Positions 49,761 to 62,240 of a stretch of 64,000 nucleotides of DNA are shown here, in pieces. Numbering within the stretch: the first letter of the stretch is position 1; each line of letters starts with the position of its first letter. The DNA is from Lama guanicoe (lineage: Eukaryota). The position numbers were made by a program, and so were the translations under genes. The notes beneath the pieces were generated by a model. It saw only the letters and a list, made by a program, of their open reading frames with translations. It was not told the DNA's origin and made no database searches. The stretch is taken from assembly GCA_013239625.1 (NCBI GenBank), contig MU053588.1, forward strand, positions 3,624,799 to 3,688,798, written 5' to 3'.

Positions 49761-50864
49761 AGATTTTTTTTTTTCGCTAAGACACAATGATTACTGGAAA
49801 GATGAGCACAAGACTGACAGGGGTCAACGCTCTGCTGCACTTGATGTTCCCAGACTAACATGTGTTGTCTGATTGCACAATGCTCCCACCATTTTTGTCC
49901 AGTTTTGTTTTGAGATTATAACCATCACAAAATTAAAAGTAATAAATTAGCTCCTGTCCTGTTTTTTGTATATTAGCTCAGTTTAATCCTCACAACTCCT
50001 CTATGAGGCAGGTTTGTTATTATTTATTTACTTTTAGGATAGTAGTACTATTGTTTCTGTTATTTTTCTTTTTTAAGTGTTTGACATAATTTCAGACTTA
50101 CAGAGAAGTTGTAAAAATGACACAAAAAATTTCTATATACCCTTCAACCAGATTCCCCAAAGTTAAAATTTTATCACATTGATCATCTTTTCTTCTATCT
50201 CTATAGAAATATTTTTTTCTTTCCTGAACAGTTTGAGAGTAAGAGGCAGACATGAGAACACTTTCCCTCCAAAATATACATCGGTGTGTATTTCCCCAAA
50301 GACATCCTCTTACATAATCACAGTACATTTATGCAAATCAGGAAATTAACATCAAACATAAATTATCTAGTTTGTGGACTTCCTTGAGATTTTTGCCAAT
50401 TGCTTATAATATCTCCTGTAGCAAAAGAAAATCCTGGTTCATGTACTGCATTCCGTTGTCAAGTTTCTTCAGTCTCCTTTCATCTGGATCAGGGCCCCAT
50501 TTATTCTTTGTGTTCCACGAAGGCAGTATTTTTGCAGAGCAGAGGCCAGTTATTTTGTAGAATGTCCCTTAGTTGGGGCTTATCTGATGTTCCCACAGGA
50601 TTCCATTCAGGTTGTGCACATTTTGCCCCAAACCACAGAAGTGATGCTGTGCCCTTTCTCAGCGCATCGTACCAAGAGGCCCATGATGTCTGTTTGCCCC
50701 CTCACTAGGGATATTAACTTTGATCACTTGGTGACATTGGTGGCTGCCAGGTTTTTCCTATTTATGTCACTATTTCCCCCTTGTAATTAATAAGTATCTA
50801 GTGGGGAGATAATCTGTGACCATGTAAATAACCGGTTACTCCTCAAACTTGAACCCACTAGTTT

Positions 50865-50874
50865 CATTTTTATT

Positions 50875-50938
<64 letters not shown>

Positions 50939-51023
50939 ATTGAAGTACCGTCAGTTACAATGCTGTGTCAATTTCTGGTGTGCAGCACAATGTCCCAGTG
51001 ATGCATATACATACATATATTCG
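50865..51023 (-). mobile_element. Short L1 3' end with (TAAA)n tail
   Basis: Exact 16-bp TSD ttgaacccactagttt (50849-50864, 51024-51039). Confidence 0.82.
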
Positions 51024-51044
51024 TTGAACCCACTAGTTTTAACA

Positions 51045-51840
51045 TGTACATAAGCATGTTTTTTTCCAACACCACCAACCTATTAACTCAATGCGGATAC
51101 TACCTGACATTATCTACTTGGAGATGGTGTCGGATTCCACAGGTTATGGGCTCAGTCCTGCAAGATTGCCTCCGCCCCCCACATTCAGATGCCAATTGCC
51201 AAATCCAAGTTGTTCAAGTTGTGTTTCTGACTGACAGGCTGTAGATTAGAGGTCCCCATGACCCTGTCCTTGGTGTTGAGGAACATATCTGCTAGAGGAA
51301 CTCAAAGAACTCAGAGAAACTTTTTACTTACTGGATTACTGGCTTATTACAAAAAATGTAACTCAGAAACAGCCAGATGAAGGAGATGCACTGGGAAAAG
51401 GGCACAGAGCTTCCATGCCCTCTCCAGGTGTGCCACTCTCCCAGAACCTCCACATGTTCACCAACCGGAAGCTCTCTGAACCCCATCTTTTTGGTTTTTT
51501 ATGGAGGCTTTGTTACATAAGCATGATTGGTTAAATCATTGGCTATTGGTGACTGGTTTCAACTTCCAGTCTCTCTCCTCTCCAGGGAGATGGGGATGGG
51601 GGTGGGACTGAAAGTCCCAATCCTCTAATTACATGGTTGGTTCTCCTGGCAACCAGCCCCCATCCTTAAATGCTTTCCAAAAGTCACCTCATAAACATAA
51701 GCCTAGGTGTGGCTGAAAGAGGTTTGTCATGAATATCAAGACACCTTTATCACTCTAATTACTTAGGAATTTCCAAGGGTTTTAAGAGCTCCATGCCAGA
51801 AACCAGGATGAAGACGTTTCTTAAATCACAACATCACAGC
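51045..51840. mobile_element. MER21-like LTR
   Basis: Characteristic text (cacagagcttccatgccctctccaggtgtgccac...gggactgaaagtcccaatcctctaat...ggaatttccaagggttttaagagct). Confidence 0.6.
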
Positions 51841-52643
51841 ATCTATTATTGATTCTTGCCTGAATCCGGTATCATTCTAAAGGTTGCCAAATGATGATCT
51901 GATTCCATGACTCCTTATACAACCATTCATTCATTTTTGACTGTAAGAATACTCTTGCCTCTCTCTTTTTAATTTATTTTACTTATTTATTTAATGTCAG
52001 TATATAGTCAAGGATTCTTGTTTATTCTGTGGGTTATAATCTTTTACTATCCTTATTTAATCTAAGGCTCAACTTGTCCCAGATTTGGTCATGGAAAGCC
52101 TCCTGAAGATGTCTTTTTGTGTCCTTCTGACACACCCCCATCATTCTTTGAGTACTTCCTTACTTTCTAGATCACCTCTTTTTACAGACGGAGAAACTGA
52201 GAGAGAGCAGTTGGATAACTTGCCTAAGTTACCCTGATGGTGGCTGGCAGGACCAAGATTTGAATGCAGGCAGTGTGTTTCCAGAATCCAAGCTCTTAAC
52301 CATTGATCATATTGCCTCATTACAGGGGCAAGAACCATGACTTCTTGTTCATAGCCATATCCCCACCACTCAGCATGATGCCTGACCCATGATTAAGTGT
52401 TCAATACAAATGTGCTGAACAAATTAATAAATGAATGAATGAATGAATGAATGGTCTGTCATATCTCTCAGGTCCTAACTTCCCTCCTTTCCAACCTTAA
52501 ATTCCACTCTTAATCATTATAATTACTCTTTTGCATACACTCCCAAGTTTCTGGCTTTGTCCTATTCAAAAGACAATTTCCCAATATCCAACTTTTTACC
52601 CACTCAATGCTTCTACCAAAGTGATGTAAGTGACCAATGCTGG

Positions 52644-53107
52644 TGTCAACTGAAAAATAATGTAGGAGCCTGCAAGTAAGAAAAAGAATTTATTTGGGGT
52701 CTTAAGAATTGCAATTTGGGAGACACAGATTCAGGGAACTCTGAAAGAGTGTTCCAAGGAAGAGAAAAAGTCGGATGTTCATAAAGACATAAAGACAAAA
52801 AGCCACGAAGTTGTTAAAAGTTGCCTGGTGAGAATAGTGATTGACTCTAACAAAAGTAAGAAAATATCTGTCCTTAAGGCATTACAAGTTGTTTGAGCAT
52901 AGGAGTCCAATAAGTAGATAGAGTGTCACGAGTTATTTTAGGGTAGTGTTGGATAAGTATCTTGAGTTTCTGGCCAGTAATCTGGTCAAAAGATCAGATT
53001 CCATCCAGGCTGAGGCTTGCATAAGTCACACTTCCTTAATGGCCTCTTGGCTCCATTTTAGAGAGCTCTCTTAGCAATACCAACTCCATTTTGATTTTCC
53101 TTTCACA
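52644..53107 (-). mobile_element. ERV1-class solo LTR
   Basis: TG...CA ends with an exact 4-bp TSD ctgg. Confidence 0.78.
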
Positions 53108-53731
53108 CTGGAGAAAAATCACACAACACTGCTGAAAAGACTGACTTTAAATTTGTGATCTATAACCTCCAGTAAGCCCTTAATTCTGCCTAGAAATCAG
53201 CCTAGACTTTCATGGTCCATTTACTTGCCAACTCTACTTCATACATTCTCAACTCTCCACAAAGTTCCTCCCATTATCCCCTTGGATACCATACAAGTGA
53301 AAAATTACTCAAAATTATCAGTCTTATGGGAAAGGCATCTTAAAACCACAATTAGATACCACAACATACTTACCAGAATGGATAAAACTTAAAAGACCTA
53401 GTGACATATGTTGACAATAACGTGGAGCAACAGGAACTCTTATTTACTAGTAGGACCGTGAAATAGGATGACCAACTTCAGAAAGTGTCTGCTAGATTCT
53501 TATTAAATTAAGTATACTTCAATCCTTTGACATGGCAGTTCCACTCAGTATTTACACAAGAGAAACGAAAGCTTAGCTTCATAAAAAACAAGTATACAAG
53601 AACACTCGTAGCAGCTTCATTCATAATAGCCCCAAATTGGAAACAGGTGTCCATCAATAGACGAATGAATAAACAGTGACATACCACATTCCGTTGAGTG
53701 AAAGAAGCCTTACACAAATGAATGTATACAG

Positions 53732-53915
53732 GTTGGGGAGGGTATAGCTCAGTGGTGGAGAATGTGCTTAGCATGCACAAGGTCCTAGGTTCAATCCCCA
53801 GTACCTCCATGAAAAATAAATAAATAAATAAATAAATACCTCTCCCCCAAAACCCCCAATTTAAAAAAAAATATGAAATTATAAAAAATGCTCAAAAAAG
53901 GAAAAAAATTTTTAA
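53732..53915 (+). mobile_element. tRNA-derived SINE with 16-bp TSD
   Basis: Consensus head; TSD aaatgaatgtatacag at 53716 and 53916. Confidence 0.88.
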
Positions 53916-53997
53916 AAATGAATGTATACAGTGTATTCCCATTTATACAAAGTTCTAAATCTTTAGATATTGAGCACTTGCAACATGGCTAGTGCAT

Positions 53998-54108
53998 GGG
54001 GGGTGGTTACAGCTTAGCAGTACAGCACATGCTTAGCATGCAGGAAGTCCTAGGTTCAAACCCCAGGATCTCCATTAAAAAAATAATAATAATATAATAA
54101 AAGGAAAG
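53998..54108 (+). mobile_element. tRNA-derived SINE inserted in a MER33-like element
   Basis: Consensus head; TSD aacatggctagtgca/aacatggctggtgca. Confidence 0.82.
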
Positions 54109-55009
54109 AAACATGGCTGGTGCAAATTGAAATGTAATACAATCATAAAATACATGTGGGATTCCAAAGACTTCATACAACTCCCCCAAAATATCTCATT
54201 AATAATGCTTTCATATTGACTATATATTTAAATGATAATATTTGCATTAAAATATATTATTAAAATGAATTGCTTCTTCTCATTTTACTTTCTTTAATGT
54301 GGATACTAGAAAATTTTAAATTACATATGTAATTTAATTTGTCTTATAATATACTTCTGCTGGGCCACTTAGAAATAAAGTAAAAGAGGGACAACATGTA
54401 ACAAGCCCACTCAGGGATTATCTGATTCTCTGGGGTAATAGGAATATGTCTTAGTATTTATTATTGATTAGGGACCAAACTCTATAAAGCTTAGATATTA
54501 ACTTTGCAAATAATACAATGGATTGATAAGTTGCAAATGACTTTTGTCTGGCAAAGATGCAAATAATTTCTGAGGGAATGATTTCTGCCCAGTAAACAAT
54601 AAAGCCCCAGAAATTAAGGTTTTATCACCCTGTAAGACAAGAATTAGGTTTTGAATCTCACTTTTCAATCTTATTTCAGCATTCTTTCTTCCCTTGACTA
54701 AGTATGCTTCCATCTTGCCTATATGTTTTTGAATCAACTGTCCCATCTTGCTGATTCCCTCTATTCTGAGCACTTACTACATGGCAGGCTCTGAACTTGA
54801 CTTACTTTATCAAGTTCAAGTCTCACAAGAGTCCTAAAGGTTGGAACTATTATTATCCCCATGTAAGAGATGAGGAAACTGAGGTTTAGAGAGAATTTCC
54901 TAGCTCACTTATAGTGAAACAGGGTACAGAGTAGTAACAGAGCTGGAATTTAAACTTGGGTTGTCTGACACGAGTCTGGCCTCTGAACCTCTATTTTACA
55001 CTGTGTCTT

Positions 55010-55422
55010 TCTTATGAAGGAAACTGTGTCCCCCTCAGTAAAGATATGTTGAAGTCCCAACCCCCAAGACCTGTGAATGGGGCCTTATTTGACAATAAGG
55101 TCTTTGCAGATTTAATCAAGTCAAGATGACCAATATCTAATACGACCTTATAAGAAGAGAGAAATTTGGACACAGACAGGGAGAATGCCACATGAAGAAG
55201 GAGGCGGAGATTGGAGCAAGGCACCTACAAGCCAAGGAACACCTGGGGCACCAGAAGCTGGAAGAGGCAAGGCAAGATCCTTCCCTAGAGGCTTTGAAGG
55301 GAGTATGGCCCTACCAACACCTTGATTTTGAACTTCTGGCCTCCTGAACTGTGAGACACTAAATACCTGTTGTCTTAAGCCACCCAGTTTGTGGTACTTT
55401 ACCATGGCAGCCCTAGGAAAAT
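55010..55422 (+). mobile_element. MaLR (MLT1-type) LTR
   Basis: aagatatgttgaagtccca...aacaccttgattttgaacttctggcctcctgaactgtgagac...aagccacccagtttgtggtacttt..ggcagccctaggaaa. Confidence 0.8.
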
Positions 55423-56247
55423 AAGTCTCTGAAATGGACCACACAGGGTGGCTACATAGTGTGCAGGTGAGTGAGGTACCATCAGCAATAGGGGACCCAT
55501 ACCTGGAGGGCATCTTTTCTCTGTCCCTCGTCTGTGTTTGCAAAATGCCCTGCCCCAACTCATAGGGCACCATATCATATGTGTCTGGGTCTCCCCAACC
55601 ACAGTGGGGACTTCCGGAGGTGAAAGCTTTATGGGCTATGATAGTTATACTAAACTAATAGTAAACTGATCGCAATGCTAAAGATTACTGCCTGGTGGGA
55701 AACAGTCGATTATTTCCTTCTGGATATTGACCAGTTCAACATCCACTTATAAATTTATTTCAGCATTCCTGATCGCTGATATGCATGTGTTCTTGGAGTT
55801 CTCCTTTGAACTGGCTGTAACATTTTATAGGTTCCCTCATTCATGAATGAGCTAAATAAAATCTCTGACATATGTTCATCTTGTATCTGTGTAAGAGCTA
55901 TGATTTTACATTTTAAAAAATAGTATCCTTCAACACCTGCTCCAGCTCTGAGACTGTACATCGTCAGCCACGCAGGCCTGAGCAGGAGGCAGGGGTTCAG
56001 GACAGACTGGGGAGAGGCGAGAGAAGCCTTCATGCCAGAAGTCCTAGGGGAAATCCAAGAGTCTTTCCCTCAACCTTGGAATTTCTTCTAAAGATCAGAA
56101 AAAGCCCGCACGGAGTAGAGGTGATAAATTTCCAGCCTCAACACCCTCAGAAGCCCAGGAGTCCTTTTACATCACCAAGATGGTAAAAAAAAAAATAGGC
56201 TCAGAGTTACCTGAAATCATGTGACATGCTGGTTATTAGGTCCAGCT

Positions 56248-56860
56248 TGTCAAAGCAAAAACTGCACGGGACAACATTAAACAGGCAAGAAGCCTTCGTT
56301 CAAGGGCATTGCAATAGGAGACAGGGGCCACAACTCAGTCTGAACTCAACTCAGCTCAAACAAAAGGCAGCTGGGTTTTTAAGAACTGGGGTAGAGGGTG
56401 GGGGTCATGGGTCATTTGTGGTTGCTAATTGTCTTCACCCAAAGGAAAAGGAATCATTCTTGTATTTTGAGGACAAGAGGTAGCTTCACAACTTGGAGAA
56501 AGGCATCCACCAAAATCAGGCTTCTAAGGAGACTGGGAGATAGAAGAGCTATTGCCTTTGATATTTATATTTCAGAGAGATGGTTCCCAGGTTCGTGTGA
56601 AAGACATTTCCTGGGTTGTAAAACTGGTGAGAGGCTTTCAAAGAGATTTATATACATCTCAAAAGGGCAGAGAAAGAATGTACAATGGTAAGTTTTCTAA
56701 AGAAGTAAATGCACTAAGAAACAGGAGGTCGGGGCCACTGTGCTTAGACCATCCAGATTCTGGAAGGGCTGAGGTGAGAGGGAAGTCAGCGGTTTAGAGG
56801 CAGGAACAAGTCCATCTAAAGTTTAGTTAAGCTGAGGGAAAAGTTACAGCCCCTTGGTCA
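56248..56860. mobile_element. ERV1-like solo LTR
   Basis: TG...CA ends, near-TSD agct/tgct, LTR-like composition. Confidence 0.5.
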
Positions 56861-57964
56861 TGCTCTATACAGCTGGTCTGCTTGGGTTCAAATTCAGACT
56901 CCACTGCTTATTAGCTTGGTGACCTGGGGCAAGTTACTCAACCTCTCTGGGCCTGGTTTCCTCATCTTATAAAATGCAAATGATTAATACTTAATTCATA
57001 AGATGGTGGTGTAGATTAAATGTGTTAATCCAAGTACAGCACGTAAACCAGTACCTGGCACATAATAAATATATCACTTGCTGTGGGTTAAGTTACTTGA
57101 CCATCCCGAGCCTGGGTTTCTCCAATCATCCCATCCGAGAATTCATATGTAAAATTAAATGAAATAATGGCTGCAAATAACCTTAGCACAAGCTTGGCAC
57201 CTGGTAAGGCTCTTAAATGACTAACATTCCCGGAACTATAGTTACTATTACTGATATTTGTATTGTTTGTTGTTCAGGCTCTTATTCCGTATTTTGTTAC
57301 TATAATCACTATTTACTATTATTTTATTTTATTATTACCTCACACTACCCCCTATTATTAATAGTAATATTGGCAATGTTATTATTACTATTTCACTATT
57401 CCCCACATCTGGTCCCCTCCCTCAAGCAGTCTCTAAGGCTGCCAGGGCCTCTCCTTCCTAAGCCAGGCTTTTCCTCCCTGGGCCTCTATGCCTTCATCTG
57501 ATTGGAGGAGAGGCGGGTGGGGCTCAGGCCCAAAGTCTCCAACAGGAAGCAAAGACTGACAGCAGCACCTTACATCCCTCTGGACAGGTGGGACGCCGGG
57601 TCAGAGCCACTGAATGAGTCCTAAGAAACCAGACAGGTGGCAAGGTGGGCGGGGCCTGGGGAGGTGTACAAAACTGTGAAACAAAGCTCCCCTCTGCTCC
57701 CAAGCATGGCTAAAAGCCCTATTCACCCCTCCATGCTGCTCAATGGTCTCATCCGGTCTCTCCTTCACCAGTGGGATCGTCCATAAGTGTGGCTCATCCT
57801 CAGGAGACAAAGGAGTTGGAAGCCAACATCCCCCAGGGCTGCGACTCAGGATCTCAGCTTCTTTATCTGCTAAAGGTCTTGACTTTCCCATCCTAGCCCA
57901 GTTTCAGGTTAGTGTAAGCAATGAGGTAAAAATGACTTCTTTAAAACACTATACAAAGTAAACG

Positions 57965-57970
57965 TTTATT
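57965..57970 (-). terminator. LYPD3 poly(A) signal (distal; a proximal AATAAA also lies at 58324-58329)
   Basis: AATAAA on the - strand ~520 nt after the stop codon. Confidence 0.6.
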
Positions 57971-58490
57971 GAAGCCTTTATGTGCCAGACATTGACCGCA
58001 CAGAGGCCTAAGGTACAGTCCCTGCCCTTGAGGAGCTCACAACTAGAAAAGAAGACTCCAAAACGATTCCCACAAAGATGGAGGGGCAGAGGGCAGAGCC
58101 TTCAGAGGACGGAGCCATTTTGTCAGCCCGCCTCTCCTATTCCAGGTTGGCTGTGAAAAAGCGAATAGGAAGCTTAGCATCGTCTCTCCTACCTTCCCTG
58201 GGACAACTGACTTCCCTCTGTCCTAGGCACCGAGAGGAGACCAAGGAAAGACAAAGATGAGGGGGATGCAATTGATGCCCTCAAAAAGCTAGGACACCCT
58301 GGCAGGATGTATACAACGGTGACTTTATTTCCCGAAGCCGCAAACCAGTGCAGCAGAAGCTGGGGACAGGGGCGGAGGGGGGGAGACTGGGAGAACAGGG
58401 GCTGGGCCAGCCCAGTCCAGTGGTGAGAGAGGGAGTAATGGGAAGAGAGGGGACCCAGGGCTGAGGAAGTAAGACAAGAGGTGGAGAGGC

Positions 58491-58981
58491 TCAGAGTAGG
58501 ATGCCAGCAGCCGCAGCCAACAGAAGAGCAACCCACCCCGCCGACGGAGCTGCAGAGCCTTTATTATGGGCCTCATCTTTTATAGGGTACTGCCCCATAT
58601 TCCTACGGTCCTGGTGGCCACCGGCACCTCCAGCCACTGGCACCTCTTCCCGGGAAGTCTCAGGTTTGACCTCTGGTGGAGAAGTCTGGCTGGTAGGGGC
58701 TGGGGTGGGTTTGGTAGTGGTGGTAGAGGTAGAGGTGGTTGGGGCTGGGGTAGAGGTAGTGACGGAGGTGGTTGGGGCCGCAGTGGTGGACCGAGGAGGG
58801 GGCAGCAGGACAAGGGGCGGGAATCGAGGAGAGAAGTAGGTCCTGTTGCGGAGGTCCGAGTTACAGCGGGACCCCTGGCAGCAGGAGCCGCTGAGCATGA
58901 ACCCCGGGCCTGTCACCGAATCCCGGGTGCAGAACTCATCCTGGACGCAGCCCCGGACAGGCAAGGATACAGTCACATTAG
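58491..58981 (-). CDS. LYPD3: LYPD3 exon 5 coding part
   Basis: Acceptor ctcctgcag|; ANVTVSLPVRGCVQDEF...; TGA at 58493-58491. Confidence 0.95.
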
Positions 58982-61900
58982 CTGCAGGAGGGAGACACCG
59001 GTAGGTCCGTGATTGGAGGGAGGGTACAGCCAGAATGAAACTTAGGGGCAAGACAAGAGCAAGAACCCCCAAAACAGAGGACTGAAGGGCTCTTCATCCA
59101 TTAATCCAAAAGTTACAGTTCAGGCCCCACTTTGAAAAACACCGTCTCACTGTCTTTGGTGCATGGTGGACCACATTTCCCACAGTACTTTGAGAGGAAA
59201 AAATGTGTAGGCTGAACTACAAGTCCCACAATGCCTTGGAAGAAAAGTTTGGACTGGGATACACTTCTCCAAAGAGCATTGCCCCACTCCTCCCCAATTC
59301 CCGCCAAAATTCAGTCAGAGTCAGAACTACATCTCCCATAATACACCTGGCAGAGGATGGCATTCGAAGACCATCTCCCATGGTTCCCTGAGGCTGAGGA
59401 CAGGAGGCTAAACGGCGTTTCACCTAATACTCTGGGACATGTGGCGACCCTAACCCCTTCGGTTTTAAGGAATCAGAAATAGATTCCCCACGATACTGGG
59501 CAGAAGCTTGGAGGCTTAAATACGTTTCCCATTGTACGTCCTCCCAATTCTGCACTGGGCAGGCCTCCATGGAAATTTATTTCTCCCAAAACTCTAGGAC
59601 AAAAGCATTCCTATTTCCGCGCTGTTTTGGGGAGAGGGCTGCATTTCTCACTGTGCTCTAGGACAAGCCAAGAACGTAGGCCTACAGTTCCCAGAATGCA
59701 CCAGAGTTGGGGGGAACTCTGGGTAAAGAGCTATCTGCCGCCCATGAGGCCTCAAAAAGGCTACCACAACCCTTGCAGACCCAGCGCTCCAGAGCTCGCT
59801 CACCTGCAGTCAATGTGACGTTGCCGTCGAAACAGCCCTTGTAGCCGTGGTCGCTGGCGTTGTAGCAGCTCACAACAGGTGGCGCCGTACCCTGGCACGC
59901 CTCGCGGCTCAGCCCCACGCAGCTGTAGCACTCGACGCCGTTGGGCTCGTAGGCACTCTCATTGCCTGCGAGGGGAGCGAGGAGGAAGGAGGAGGTCGAG
60001 GGGGTTCAGGAGGCACAGCTCTACTCGGCGTCCCTGTAGCCGACGGCTCTGCCCCTCGACGTACAATCAGCTCAGCCTCTGGCCCCGCCCTGTACAGTGG
60101 CCCCGCCCATTGATCATAGCCCCGCCCCTAGCATCTCCGTACGTCAATAAAGTCCCGCCCCCTGTCTCGAGGCCCCGCCTCCTATCCGCCCGGCGTGCTC
60201 CCCTTCCAGCTTGTGACCGCCCCTAGCCGCCCAGCCCCGATGTGGCTCCGCCTCTGGGCCTATGGCCCCGCGTCCACCGACCTGCAGGGTTGAGCGCTCT
60301 CGAGGTGAGGTTGAGCTTGGCGTTGCAGCGGTCCTGGGAGCACTGCTGCAGCTGGATGAAGGCCAGAAGCCCATGAAGGTCCAGTCCGCGGTCATTCTTG
60401 CCGGGCAGTCCCGAACCGCAGCCCCGCACTGCCACCGAGAATTGCCCGTGGACTGTAGAGAGGGGAGAAGGCGGGGTCAGAGGGCCGGGGCCTCCGGGCG
60501 GGGCCTCGAATAGACCAGCACGAGAGGATAGACCCGCAAGGGTAGCAGGGCTGGGGCCTCAGAAAAAGCCGATCAGAGGGGACATCCTACAGACCGAGGG
60601 GCGGAACCTCAAAGAGCGGAGTGCGAGGTGAGAGGCAGGAAGAAACACGGGACACAATCGACGAGGGACGGCCAAGAGTGGAGTTAGGACGGGGCACGAC
60701 CATAGAGGGGCAGAACCGCAGAAAGCAACATCAGAAGAGACTGAGACTGACAAAAAAGGCACGGGATCAGAGACAGATGCGGACTCCTAGGGGCTGTGGC
60801 CTCAGACAGGGGCGGGTCAGAGGGGCGGGGCCTCAGCCTAGGGACCCTAGGAGAAGACCCCTCTAGGGATCTCCAATACCAAAGACCCCATTGGATATGG
60901 GAAGCTGGATTGATGAGGAGAGGATTCTGGCAGGGACAGAAGAGGGCAGGGAGATCTCAATGGTGCAGGGAAAATGGATAGGGTGTGCCCTTGAAGGAAA
61001 CGAGGTCCCAGATCTGGGTACTCCCAGTTCACCCCACCTGTTCGCAACTCTCCTCACCGCTTTAAGCCCTAATAGTGTGTTGAAGGGCTCAGTCCAGACT
61101 GAAAGGAAGGAATCAGGCTGCATTGTGTGGGGTGTGGCCAAATTCAGAGGGAGGAACGGTACTATAAGGAGGCGGGGCGCGGATGGAAGAACGTGAAGGG
61201 TTATGAAGAGACCCCGAGAGCCCACTCACTAGTCTCCACCGCCCCTACGGCCTCGGTGCATACGTCCACGCCCGGCGGGCACTTCACGGTCTTGGTCTTC
61301 TGCGGAGAGCATCCGTCATCTGCTTTCTGCACGCAGCTGTAACACTCCAGGGCCTGCACTCCTGAGGGTGCAGGGACCGGTAGAACTGAGCGATCCTTAC
61401 TGAAGCCTCTTCCCCCAAAGGAGAAGTAGTCCTTCCCACTCCCTCTGTCTCTGTACAATCCTATTGCACACCCTTTTCCAGGGCAGGGGTAAGAAAAACC
61501 TCCCCACAAATCTGAGGCCATGGGATACATTGTGTCCCTTTCCTTCAAATCCCCTCTGTCTACAGTGGAAGCATCTTTTCCAGAGCTTCCTATGTCCAAG
61601 GTGGAGGAACCCCTGCCATGGATGAAGGGGCTCCCTCCAACAGTGTTCCACTCAGGATGGGAGAATTTTACCCACAGTCAGATCGGCTCAGTGAGTGATC
61701 CCCTCCCACAGCGCTCAGGATGGAAGAAATTTTCCCACAGTACCCCGGGGCAGGAATTCTTCCCACAGCCCTCCCCCCCCACCAGAGAAGCTGATCTTTC
61801 CCACAGCCGGTCTGCTCAGGGTGAAAGAACTTTTCCCACAGCCCCCTCTGCTCAGGATTGGAGATCCTTCTCACAGCCCTGTCTGCAGGGGGTGGGGGAA

Positions 61901-62036
61901 CTCTCCTCCCTAGAGCTCCCACTCAAACTCTCCCGGCAGCAGACTCACCTTCTCGAAGCAGCAGTGGCAGCAGCAGCAGCAGCCAGCCTGTAGTCCACAT
62001 CACTGCCTGGGTGCCTGCTTTCCTGGTGGGGCCCAT
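58491..62036 (-). CDS. LYPD3: Ly6/PLAUR domain-containing protein 3 (C4.4A), 347 aa, two LU domains, S/T/P-rich stalk, GPI signal
   Basis: complement(join(58491-58981,59804-59965,60282-60452,61230-61361,61949-62036)) = 1044 nt, GT-AG junctions. MGPTRKAGTQAVMWTTGWLLLLLPLLLREG-VQALECYSCVQKADDGCSP...RGCGSGLPGKNDRGLDLHGLLAFIQLQQC...VECYSCVGLSREACQG...RGCVQDEFCTRD...CCQGSRCNSDLRN...WVALLLAAAAGILL matches LYPD3 as recalled. Confidence 0.97.
59804..59965 (-). CDS. LYPD3: LYPD3 exon 4
   Basis: GNESAYEPNGVECYSCVGLSREACQG...GNVTLTA; 162 nt; donor GTGAGC. Confidence 0.95.
60282..60452 (-). CDS. LYPD3: LYPD3 exon 3
   Basis: IHGQFSVAVRGCGSGLPG...RALNPA; 171 nt; donor GTCGGT. Confidence 0.93.
61230..61361 (-). 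CDS. LYPD3: LYPD3 exon 2
   Basis: VQALECYSCVQKADDGCSPQKTKTVKCPPGVDVCTEAVGAVET; 132 nt; donor GTGAGT. Confidence 0.95.
61949..62036 (-). CDS. LYPD3: LYPD3 exon 1 coding part (signal peptide)
   Basis: accATGg Kozak, poly-Leu h-region, donor GTGAGT. Confidence 0.93.
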
Positions 62037-62039
62037 GGT

Positions 62040-62240
62040 TCCGACCTGCTCTCTCGGCTTCCCCCCCTAGGTGTGCCGCCTCCCAACCCTGGCCCTCTTA
62101 CCTGAGCCCAAGATGAGTAACCTCCCCGCAGGCAACCCTGGCCTTGCCCAACAAGGCCAAATCAGCGTCCGCTGTGGGGTGCGACACCCGCCCCTGGGTG
62201 CGTCACCCACAGCTGCCAAGGAGGGAAAGGGCGGGATTCA
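62040..62240 (-). promoter_or_regulatory. LYPD3 proximal promoter / 5' UTR
   Basis: GC boxes (62187-62193, ~62229), AP-1-like TGAGTAA (62114-62120) and CRE/AP-1-like TGCGTCA (62199-62205). No TATA box seen. Confidence 0.5.

Larger units (their letters stand above)
59780..60730. promoter_or_regulatory. Intragenic CpG island over LYPD3 exons 3-4
   Basis: Visibly high GC and CpG density compared with the CpG-depleted rest of the window. Confidence 0.65.

Noticed and set aside
21000..57900. TEX101/CD177 or other Ly6/uPAR exons expected near LYPD3 from synteny
   Set aside because: I found no LU-domain cysteine pattern with splice sites by eye. Small or degraded exons cannot be excluded.
59110..59790. 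CRISPR-like repeat-spacer appearance of the intron-4 array
   Set aside because: The context is mammalian, the repeats are highly degenerate with irregular spacing, and there are no cas genes.
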